64,000 bases of DNA from positions 22,988,795 through 23,052,794 of the forward strand of contig NC_092670.1 in NCBI RefSeq assembly GCF_964355755.1. Direction: 5' to 3'. Position 1 is the first letter of the stretch. Each line of letters starts with the position of its first letter. The translations under genes were made by a program, and so were the position numbers. This document shows, piece after piece, positions 27,701 to 38,599 of the stretch. This DNA is from Antedon mediterranea (taxonomy: Eukaryota; Animalia; Echinodermata). Under the pieces are notes generated by a model. That model saw only the letters and a program-made list of their open reading frames with translations. It was not told the origin of the DNA and made no database searches.

Positions 27701-30700
27701 GAAAAAACAAAATATTTTTAACTCATGCGAAAGATAATTGATTGACCTAGAAAATATAAAAAAATTGAGTGAAATGGAATACGGATAAGTAGAGATGCGC
27801 TCTATTAAATTTGACGAGCTATGACGAAAGAGAACAAAATCCTATTTTTATATTTGGGTGGCCATACGATGACGTCGCAATGTCCGGTTAGCAATATCAA
27901 TGCATGATTCTATATCTACAACTCATCAAATTCCAGAATATGTAATTTTAAAAAAGTTCACCACGTAGTTTAGAATTTATGACTGTTTAAAAAAATGTCT
28001 AATTTTGACAAATTTTTGAAGTTTTTCTTCAAAAACGTGCCTAAATTGTTCAATTCTACGTGCTCGTATGACGTGATTTTAAGTCGAAATTGATTGAAAA
28101 TTGATAAATTTACTAGAAAAGGCTGAAATAACAAAAATCAAGCAAAAAAAAGACGTTTTTGCGCTACGTGCGCACGCGCGCGTAAAAAAATTGCGAACGC
28201 GTGGGAATTTTTGAAATGCTCAAAATGACATGAAACGCGTAGAAAGTTGATTAGAAATTGAATTTTCGCATTTTGAAATTTTAAACGCGCGTGCGCGCGT
28301 AACTTTCTGTCAAACATGCCATTTTTAATCCATAGAAAGTTTGAGCATGTTATGACTTAAATTTTCACCAAGTTTCAATACAAAATGACTTTTAGTTTTT
28401 ATTCTATGATCAATCATTGAAATTCATAAAATTGCGCGTAACTTACGCTGCGCAACTCGAAATTCGAAAAAAAAAGTTTCTTGCACATCTACAGCTACAG
28501 GGCTATCTTTTGACAAAGTTATACAATCATATGTTGGCCAGAATTAGAGATACGCTGCGAACAAAAATCGTGGAAAGAAAGAAGAAAATAGAAGACTAGA
28601 TTTGAACTCGTCACTACGTACGAGTTAGGTTATCCGCAGCGCAAAAGCCACGCGCACGATATAAGTTAGAAAATGTTAGTGTGCTCTCTATTTTGCGTCA
28701 CGTCTGAGTATAAACGGTATACACTATATACTGTATACGTACTACATACAGTGCAGAATAGGTGAAAATAAGTGACCAAAGTTATTGACGCGTTTGGACA
28801 TGATGACGTCATAACAATTTTAAAAATGGTGAATCATTCTAAAGATAATTGATTAACCTAGGCAATATATAAAAATGGGGGGAAATGGAATACGGATAAG
28901 TGGAGATGCGCTCTATTAAATGTGATGAGCTTTGACGAAAGAGACAAAAATCCTATATTTTATATTCGTGTGGCCATACGATGACGTCACAATGTCCGGT
29001 TAGCCAAATCGATGCATGATTCTATATCTACAACTCATCTACATTCAGAATATGTAATTTAAAAAAAATTCACCACGTAGTTTAGAATCTATGACTGTTT
29101 AAATAAAGGCATAATTTGTACAAATTTTTGAACTTTTTCATCAAAAATGCGCGTAAATTGTTTAATTCTACGTGCTCGTATGATGTGATTTTAAGTCGAA
29201 ATTGTTTGAAAGTTGGTAAATTTACTAAAAAAGACAGGAAAAACAAAAATCAAGCAAAAAAATGATGTTTTTGCTCTACATGCGCACGCGCGCGTAAAAA
29301 AATTGCGCACGCGTGGGAATTTTTGAAATGCTCAAAATGACATGAAACGCGTAGAAAGTTCATTAGAAATTGATTTTTTGCATTTTTTAATTTTAAACGC
29401 GCGTGCGCGCGTAACTTTCTGTAAAACATGCCATTTTCTCTCCATAGAAAGTTAGCGCATGATATGACTTAAATTTTCACCAAGTTTCAATACAAAATGA
29501 TATATAGTTTTTATTCTATGATCAATCATTGAAATTCATAAAATCGCGCGTAACTTACGCTGCGCGACTCAAAATTCATAAAAAAAAGTTTCTTGCACAT
29601 CTACAGCTACAGGGCAATCTTTTGACAAATTTATACAATCATATGTTGGCCAGAATTAGAGATACGCTGCCAACAAAAAATGGGAGAGAAGTGTATAAAG
29701 AAAGAAATAAATACTAGATTTGAACTCGTCACTACGGACGAGTTAGGTTATCCGCAGTCCTATAGCCACGTGCACGTCATACGTTGGAATATTGCGCGCA
29801 GAAAAACGATTATGCCATTGAAAAAATGTGAGTGCGCTCTCTATTTTGTGTCACGTCAAGTGTATACGGTATACACTATATACCGTATACGTACTACATA
29901 CAGTTCAGAATAGGTGAAAATAAGTGACCAAAGTTATTGACGCTTTTGCATATGATGACGTCATAACAATTTTTAAAATGGTGAATCATGCGAAAGATAA
30001 TTGATTGACATAGACAATATAAAGAAATTGAGGGCAATGGAATACGGATAAGTGGAGATGCGCTCTATTAAATGTGATGAGCTATACGAAAGAAAAAAAA
30101 ATCCTATATTTTATATTCGAGTGGCCATACAATGACGTCACAATGTCCTGATAGCCATATTGATACATGATTCGATATCTACAACTCATCTACTACCAGA
30201 ATATGTAATTATAAAAAAGTTTACCACGTAGTTTAGAATCTATGACTGTTTAAAAAAAGGCATAATTTTGACAAATTTTTGGACTTTTTCATCAAAATTG
30301 CGCGCAAATTGTTTAATTCTACGTGCTCGTATGACGAGATTTTAAGGCAAAATTGATTGAAAATTGGTAAATATATTATAAAAGACAGAAAAAACAAAAA
30401 TCAAGCAAAAAAAAGATGTTTTTGCGCTACGTGCGCACGCGCGCGTAAAAAAATTGCGCAAGCCTGGGAATTTTTGAAATGCTCAAAATGATATGAAACG
30501 CGTAGAAAATTGATTAGAAGTTGATTTTTTGCATTTTGAAATTTTAAACGCGCGTGCGCGCGTAACTTTCTGTGAAACATGCAATTTTTAATCCATAGAA
30601 AGTTTGCGCTTGATATGACTTAAATTTTCACAAAGTTTCAATACAAAATAACTTTCGGTTTTTAATCTATGATCAATCATTTAAATTCATAAAATCGCGC

Positions 30701-30853
30701 GTAACTTACGCTGCGCAACTCCGAAATCGTCCAAAAGCTTGGCTGCACATCTACAGCTATAGGTCAATCTTATGACAAAGTTATACAATCTTATGTTGGC
30801 CAGAATTAGAGATATGCGACCAACAAAATTCGTGGAAAGAAAGAAGAACATAG

Positions 30854-30884
<31 letters not shown>

Positions 30885-33800
30885 TCCTGACAATAACAAG
30901 GGGTTATCCGCCAAGTGCGGATAACCAACTAGATTTGAACTCGTCACTACGGACGAGTTAGGTTATCCGCAGTCCTAAAGTCACGTGCACGTCATACGTT
31001 GGAATATTGCGCGCAGAAAAACGATTATGCCATTGAAAAAATGTGAGTGCGCTCTCTATTTTGTGTCACGTCAAAGTGTATACGGTATACACTATATACC
31101 GTATACGTACTACATACAGTTCAGAATAGGTGAAAATAAGTGACCAAAGTTATTGAGGCTTTTGCACATGATGACGTCATAACAATTTTTAAAATGGTGA
31201 ATCATGTGAAAGATAATTGATTGACATAGGCAATATAAAGAAATGGAGGGCAATGGAATACGGATAAGTGGAGATGCGCTCTATTAAATGTGATGAGCTA
31301 TACGAAAGAGAAAAAAATCCTATATTTTATATTCGAGTGGCCATACGATGACGTCACAATGTCCTGATAGCCATATTGATACATGATTCGATATCTACAA
31401 CTCATCTACTACCAGAATATGTAATTATAAAAAAGTTTACCACTTAGTTTTTAGAATCTATGACTGTTTAAAAAAAGGCTTAATTTTCACAAATTTTTGA
31501 ACTTTTTCATCAAAATTGCGCGCAAATTGTTTAATTCTACATGCTCGTATGACGTGATTTTAAGTCGAAATTGATTGAAAATTGGTAAATTTACTATAAA
31601 AGGCTGAAAAAACAAAAATCAAGCAAAAAAAATATGTTTTTGCGCTACGTGCGCACGCGCGCGTAAAAAAATTGCGCACGCGTGGGAATTTTTCAAATGC
31701 TCAAAATGACATGAAACGCGTAGAAAGTTGATTAGAAATTGATTTTTCGCATTTTGAAATTTTAAACGCGCGTGCACGCGTAACTTTTTGTAAAACATGC
31801 CATTTTTAATCCATAGAAAGTTTGCGCTTGATATGACTTAAATTTTCACCAAGTTTCATTACAAAATGACTTTTGATTTCTAATCTATGATCAATCATTG
31901 AAATTCATAAAATTGCGCGTAACTTACGCTGCGCGACTCTAAAGTTAAAAAACGAAACGTCCTGCACATCTACAGCTAGAGGTCAATCTTATGACAAAGT
32001 TACACAATCTTATATTGGCCAGAATTAGAGATACGCTGCGAACAAAATTCCGGGAAAGAAAGAAGAATAAGATAGAAAAAAAAAAAAAAGAAAAAAAAAG
32101 ATCGTGACAATAACAAGAGGTTATCCGCCAAGTGCGGATAACCAACTAGATTTGAACTCGTCACTACGGACGAGTTAGGTTATCCGCAGCCCAAAAGCCA
32201 CGTGCACGTCATACGTTAGAATATTGCACACAGAAAAAGATTATTATGACTACTATACTATACTATAGATCCCTGGACCTATTTGTTTATCACAAATAGC
32301 CAATGAGTACTTAGTCTTATTTGGCCTGCTACATTATAGCAGTAGGTAGGAAATAAATGATTTGGGCTATACCAAATGCCGTTACAGTATATACAGTATA
32401 TTCTTTATACGTACTATATACAGTTCAGAATAGGTGAAAATAAGTGACCAAAGTTATTGACGCTTTTGAACATGATGACGTCAACACAAATTTAAAAATG
32501 GTGAATCATGCGAAAGATAATTAATTGACCTAGACATTATATAAAAATAGGAGGAAATAGAATACGGATAAATAGAGATGAGCTCTATTAAATGTGGCGA
32601 GCTAAGACGAAAGAGACAACAATCCTATATTTTATATTCGAGTGGCCATACGATGACGTCACAATGTCCGATTAGCCAAATCGATGCATGATTCTATATC
32701 TACAGCTCATCTACATTCAGAATATGTAATTTTAAAAAATTTCACCACGTAGTTTAGAATCTATGACTGTTTAAAAAAAGGCATAATTTTGACAAAATTT
32801 TGAACTTTTTCATCAAAAATGCGCGCAAATTGTGCAATTCTACGTGCTCGTATGACGTGATTTTAAGTCGAAATTGTTTGAAAGTTGGTAAATTTACTAA
32901 AAAAGACAGGAAAAACAAAAATCAAGCAAAAAAATGATGTTTTTGCGCTACATGCGCACGCGCGCGTAAAAAAATTGCGCACGCGTGGGAATTTTTGAAA
33001 TGCTCAAAATGACATGAAACGCGTAGAAAGTTGATTAGAAATTGATTTTTCGCATTTTGAAATTTTAAACGCGCGTGCGCGCGTAATTTTCTCTAAAACA
33101 TGCCATTTTCTCTCCATAGAAAGTTAGCGCATGATATGACTTAAATTTTCACCAAGTTTCAATACAAAATGATATATAGTTTTTATTCTATGATCAATCA
33201 TTGAAATTCATAAAATCGCGCGTAACTTACGCTGCGCAACTCAAAATTCATAAAAAAAAGTTTCTTGCACATCTACAGCTACAGGGCAATCTTTTGACAA
33301 ATTTATACAATCATATGTTGGCCAGAATTAGAGATACGCTGCCAACAAAAAATGGGAGAGAAGTGTATAAAGAAAGAAATAAATACTAGATTTGAACTCG
33401 TCACTACGGACGAGTTAGGTTATCCGCAGCGCAAAAGCCACGTGCACGTCATACGTTAGAATATTGCGCGCAGAAAAACGATTATGCCATTGAAAAAATG
33501 TTAGCGCGCTCTCTATTTTCCGTCACGTCAAAGTGTATACGGTATACACTATATACTGTATACGTACTACGTAAAGTTCAGAATAGGTGAAAATAAGTGA
33601 CCAAAGTTATTGACGCTTTTGCACATGATGACGTCATAACAAATTTTAAAATGGTGAATCATGCGAAAGATAATTGATTGACCTAGACAATATAAAGAAA
33701 TGGAGGGGGAAATGAAATACAAATAATTGGAGATGCGCTATATTAAATGTGACGAGCTACGAGGAAAGAGACAAAAATCCTATATTTTATATTCGAGTGG

Positions 33801-34094
33801 CCATAATTGTACGTATTTTGTGTCATAAAACAGATAATAATTGTATTTAAGGAATATTCTGAATATGTTATATACAGTGTAGCAAAGATTAAATTACGAG
33901 ACCTATTTTTTAATTCAATTTTTAACTTGAAGGAATCATCAAAACGTAATATAAAGATAGTAATTTAAATCTAGTCTTTTGTGCTGCCACCTAGCATAGT
34001 TTTTTTTTCTCTTCTGGTCATCATCATGTATCATGCATGCATACTCTGTCTGCTGAAAGTAGACTATACGCGCATGCGGAAGAGTAGTTGGGGG

Positions 34095-34290
34095 TTAAGC
34101 CACGCCCATTTATGTAAATTGCCCACGTTCGTCCTGGAAAAAAAAAAATTACACGGTGGTAAATGTGATATATTTTACGTTGTGATTGGGTATATAGTTA
34201 TTTGGTAATGACTGAACATGCGCATTTTATTTTTATATTGAGCATTTGATTGGTTCAAAATTTCCATCAATGACGCTCTTGTATAAAAGT
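34095..34290 (+). promoter_or_regulatory. Putative Pol II promoter of the OB-fold gene
   Basis: There is a GC/KLF-type box GCCACGCCC (34099), two inverted CCAAT boxes (ATTGG at 34185 and 34249) and TATAAAAG at 34282, 68 bp before the ATG. The ATTGG boxes are kept in the duplicate at ~42285 and ~42360. Confidence 0.6.
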
Positions 34291-34349
34291 TAAGATAGAG
34301 TAAAGTAGTTAGTTGGAAAGTCAATGTAAAGTCAAGGTGTTGGGAAAGG

Positions 34350-37300
34350 ATGTCGAAATTACGGAAGATTTACATTGTGGAAAAATTTGAACGGAGAGAA
34401 TCTTCCAAGGGGCGGAGATTCTTCGGTGTTGGTTCAGTGTTGGAATGTGGTGATACCGAAGTAAGGAATTGCTATATAAATGATACAGAAAGTGTAGGAG
34501 CAGAAAGGTTATTCATGTTAGAAGTAGGAACAAAGGTTATGATAACCGAAGTGAAACCAAGCCTTGATAATAATTCGTTGAGGTTGACAGACAAATCTAA
34601 GGTATGTAATTAACGTATTTTTTGTAAATTAATATTATTATTATTATAATTGTTTATTTAATTTATAAAAGTGTCATTTATTTGTTATTAAGCCCTAGGT
34701 CTATATCTATGTTGATATAAAATAGAATCCGTGGGTCACTATTGTTCTTAAAAAACTAAAACGGTACTTATATATACTTATGATCCATTATAACAATTAT
34801 AAAACAATGTCATTTTAATTTAGAAACCAGTTGATAACAATTGAATAATAAATAATAAACAGACGTTATTAACAGAATAGGGAGGAGAAATTGTTTATTT
34901 TCAATTAATTTACTCATTGATTGTTTATTTAAATTTTGTCATGAAATTTGCAATTTGTAGGCTAGGCTATTGTTTATAACATTAAAATAACATTTACATT
35001 GATAAAATTACAATTAAGCATAATTTTCTGAGTGTTCGGTCTAGCGTATGCCATATTGCCAGAATAAGTTAATTGTAAATTCTTAGTTGTATGATTTCTT
35101 TTTAATAAATACCATTTTCTGTTCAAGTACAAATTGAAGTAAGAAATTACGAAACTGTGGTTTACAGTTTCGTAATTTCTTACTTCAATTTGTACTTGTA
35201 TATATAAACACAATAGGCAAAGAACATTAATTCTAAACCGTCCGGTGATATACTGAAATTTAATTAATTAATTTGAAACGATAAAGATGAGGAAATCTGT
35301 GAGAATGAGAAAAAGTCGCCCCAACCGAGACTCGAACTCGGACCGCCTGCTTGATATGCAGATGTCCTAACCATTAGACCACTGGAGCTTTCATGGTATT
35401 GTTCGAACTCGATTGGATAACGACTCTTTAACATTCTCGGCGTGGTACGGCGGAACAGCACTAGAATATTATTTTAATCATAATTTTTCTTTTGTGATTT
35501 TAAGGTTTTGACAAACATTGCTGATTTTGATATCAATATGGAAGTTGTTAGTAATTTTATCAGACCACCGACGGTGTCAATGTCAGCGGCTAGGGGAAGC
35601 CCGAAGAAAACGAGGTTATCTTTGAATGGAACAGTAATGAAGGTAACATTTTCTCTTGATTTAATCTAGGGCATAGGCTTATAGCACAGTTATGAAATTA
35701 TGAGCTAGTTACGTTTCGTACCTTGCTTTTATTTCGACTCCAAATTTGTTATGGAACTTTATCCTGAATACCACACCTTAGAATTAGACATCATAATTAC
35801 TTTTACGATGAATTACAGAAAAAGTAACAAATAAATCCTTTAAATTGAGGGATTTCCTGACCTGTTTTTTGCACATGGTTTGTAAATTTCGCTAATTGAT
35901 GTTTATATGGAGCGCCAAAAGAGAAACTATAATAGAGATTCAAAACTGAGTGGAATGCGTCTACTTTTTATGCATCTATTTATGAAATACACGTTTTAAT
36001 TTCCATTTTTTTTTTCAATAAAAATATTGTAACATGTTACTTCTGAAAACGTACTGAAGTTTGTGTATACAAAATTCAAAATTTACACGTCTGTAAAATC
36101 ATTTAAAGAATTTATTTGTTACTTTTTATGTGATTCTTCTTCATACAAGTACTTTGAGCCCCAATTGTAAGGTGTGGTATTTACAATAAGTTACTTAACA
36201 AGTTTGAAGTCGAAAGGAAGTCTAAATAAAAACAGGTGCTAAACGGAACTAGTGGCGTTATGAACAGTTATAAATTTGGTACTTTGTTTAGACTTGAGGA
36301 TGAATGAAGTTATATTATTATCATATTGGATTGTTTTATTTAGATACTCATTAATCAGTTTTACTATGCAATATGATGGATTATGATAAATAAACATTTT
36401 TTGTTTATCTTATTGAAGTAATAGATTTTCACCAGTAGTATATATTCAATTATAAACTATTAGACTATTAGTGTAGGCCTATTATAATTTGAAAATTGTT
36501 AATTTGGTAATATAGTTTTAATAATCAATTACTAGATTAAAAGAAACCCAAAAATATATAATATAGCACCAGTTTTAACATCACATGCCTTTGTTGTTTT
36601 TTTGTTGGTTTAGGTTGGTGAACTTTATGAAACACCAAGATATAAAAGAAGATTGTTGACATTAGGCAGTGGCCCAGATAATTGTATCGACGTAGTTTTG
36701 TGGGGGGAGACTGCCTCAAATGTATCGAGTGATATGAAAAATCAAGAACTAACCCTATCAGCACTAGTAATGGAAGACAAAGAGTTGAGAAGTACTCCAT
36801 CAACAGTGTTGGAGGTATGCATTTTTTTTATTACTTTTTGGTAAATGAATAGGCCTATGCAACAGTGGTTTTGTTTTAAAATGAAAACAACATTGATATC
36901 ATATTGAATAAATGTATAGAAAGTATTATAGAGTGCCAATATCTATCAATAGCTTGGGAAGTCATATTGAAACATTTTCTAATAAACATTGAATATTTTG
37001 TTAGAAATTATTTATAGCTTGTTTGAAAGCAATGTGTTATAGTATTGTCTCAACTCAAAAAAAGTATCAAAAAACATAATATTTGTATATTGTTTTATAT
37101 TTAGGTTATTTTGGTGAGAGATAAATATCAATTAACTGTGTATATGTTGTAGATAAGGTTATTTTATATGTGTATTAAATCATAACCAATGTTCAATATA
37201 TTTCATTTGTTTTTTTTGTGATGTAGGCTGGTGGAGTTAATTCAGTTGATGGTGTAATTGTGGCTGTAGGAGATGAAAATGATGGGTATGTACTTTTTTT

Positions 37301-37807
37301 GCAATGTTTAATTTGTTTATATTAAATTTGGTGATTGTGATATAATTGACTTAAAAAAAAATAATTTGTCCTAAAAAAATTGTTTTCAATATGCCATTTT
37401 AATGTGAAATAATAGTTTAATGAAATTAGAGAAAAAAGTTATTTACCTAAAAATACTGTAATTTAAGGCAAAAATAGTCAAAATGGTTGCTTTTGGTTAA
37501 GATGTGAAGATTTTGTTTCTTCTCTTAAACTACAAAATGGGTTATTTAAAGTCTAATGTTAATATTTTTTTTTCAAAGAATTTGTATTTGGGGGACAATG
37601 CATCTTTAAAATATTATATTTTATATGTATTTTGATTATTATAATGATTGTTTTGATTGCAGGTATCCTGTAGACATGTACATGGACAATGATTCTGTAT
37701 TATACATACCAGAAGATCTACACTTTGATTTCAATATTAATTTGCCATGTCGTGTGAATTATTCTGCTAATAGTTTTGGGTGTATTACCGATATTCAATT
37801 TTTGTAA
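34350..37807 (+). CDS. Five-exon gene for a 264-aa OB-fold, RPA70-like ssDNA-binding protein; join(34350..34601,35505..35642,36614..36814,37227..37285,37663..37807)
   Basis: All four introns are GT-AG with T-rich acceptors and compatible phases (0,0,0,2). The 795 nt stay open from ATG to TAA. Exons 2-3 give SLNGTVMKVGELYETPRYKRRLLTLGSGPDNCIDVVLWGETA...LTLSAL...LRSTPSTVLE, which resembles RPA1-type OB folds (KRxLxL...IxVxLWGExA). The fold was assigned by eye. Confidence 0.8.
35124..35198. repeat. Perfect 35-bp inverted repeat with a 5-nt spacer in intron 1
   Basis: CAAGTACAAATTGAAGTAAGAAATTACGAAACTGT-ggttt-ACAGTTTCGTAATTTCTTACTTCAATTTGTACTTG. Confidence 0.95.
35317..35388 (-). tRNA. tRNA-like 72-nt cloverleaf with anticodon position ATC; probably a tRNA-derived repeat or pseudogene
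   Basis: The minus strand reads GCTCCAG tg GTCTAATGGTTAGGAC a TCTGC-atATCaa-GCAGG cggt CCGAG-ttcgagt-CTCGG TTGGGGC G. It has an A box, a B box and a TTTTT terminator 2 nt downstream. Confidence 0.6.
35695..36259. mobile_element. Non-autonomous TIR element in intron 2
   Basis: The left end CTAGTTACGTTTCGTACC...TTCGACTCCAAATTTGTTA is an imperfect inverted match to the right end TAACAAGTTTGAAGTCGAA...GGTGCTAAACGGAACTAGTGGCGTT. The left part is also present in the gene duplicate (43641-43910). Confidence 0.6.
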
Positions 37808-38024
37808 GGTAACAGTTGTTTGCAAGTTTGTTTTAATGCGTTTTTATTTTATATATTTGTTGAAAAGTAAATTTAATGATTTTGTACTTAAAATCATTAA
37901 ATTTACTTTCATTATTTATTAATATACTGAATTAACATTGATTATTTAATAGACATATATGATAATCTTATGTACAAAATATACAATGCTAATTAATATT
38001 TAAAAAAAGTAATAAAGGAAATAC

Positions 38025-38450
38025 ATACCTCCAACACTGTTGAAGGGTAGTTCTTAACTCCTTTTCTTCCATTATAAGTGCTGATATTGTTAATTTGATT
38101 TGTCATAGCACCCGATAGACCCAAGGCTGCTTCCCCTCCACATAACTACGTCGATACAATTAAGTAGGCTAATGCCTAATGTCAACACTTTTTTTATATT
38201 TTGGTGTTTCATACGGTAATACATTAATTGCATACCTTAGATTTGTTTGTCAACCTTAACAAATTATTATCAAGAGTTGGTTTAAGTTTGGTTATCATAA
38301 CCTTACTTCCAACATATAACATGAATAATTGTTTTGCTACTACACCTTCTGTGTCATTTATAAAGCAATTTTTTACTTTGGTATTATTACTTTAAATTAC
38401 TGAACCAACACTGAATATCTCCGCTTCTTTGAAGATTCCCTCCGTTCAAA
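38025..38450 (-). pseudogene. Inverted, decayed OB-fold gene fragment (exon 1 plus exon 3; exon 2 deleted)
   Basis: The reverse complement matches exon 1 (...AAATCTAAG|GTATGC) followed by exon 3 (TATGAAACACCAA...ACAGTGTTGGAG|GTATGT), with frameshifts. Confidence 0.8.
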
Positions 38451-38599
38451 TTTGTTAATTATAATTTTATCAATTTAAATGTTTTAAAAACAATATGTTA
38501 TAAACCAACTAACCTATAAAGTTTAATAAACGCTGGATTTTAAAAATGTGAAGGTTGAAATGTCTTTCCTCTCAAATTTTTAAGTATTAAATTTGAGTA

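Larger units (their letters stand above)
1..33805 (-). mobile_element. Head-to-tail/nested array of 28 non-autonomous Helentron (HINE/Helitron2-type) elements, 1.1-1.6 kb each
   Basis: The motif CTAGATTTGAACTCGTC recurs at 975, 2373, 3528, 4691, 5846, 7425, 8647, 9794, 11088, 12302, 13580, 14748, 15964, 17485, 18697, 19855, 21138, 22357, 23508, 24715, 25868, 27023, 28596, 29714, 30929, 32146 and 33386. On the minus strand a complete unit reads 5'-TT GGTTATCCGC acttg GCGGATAACC (hairpin/subTIR), short core, T-tract, body, GCGGATAACC (subTIR), AACTCGTC-cgtagt-GACGAGTT (hairpin), CAAATCTAG-3'. This matches the established HINE/Helentron terminal architecture. Confidence 0.88.

Noticed and set aside
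596-33389. Short ORFs in the array (poly-F/poly-K, MTSSNLVGYPH..., MKFIKSRVTY...)
   Set aside because: They are translations of A-tracts and terminal motifs, and the frames are not conserved between units.
1-33805. SINE/LINE retroposon interpretation based on the A-tracts
   Set aside because: The A-tract is internal to a conserved terminal hairpin module, there are no TSDs or Pol III boxes, and the subTIR/hairpin/CTAG ends fit rolling-circle elements.
1-33805. rDNA, 5S, histone or snRNA tandem gene cluster
   Set aside because: No recognisable RNA gene or coding sequence is present in the unit.
35264-35461. 65-aa minus-strand ORF
   Set aside because: It overlaps the tRNA-like sequence within an intron and is a chance ORF.
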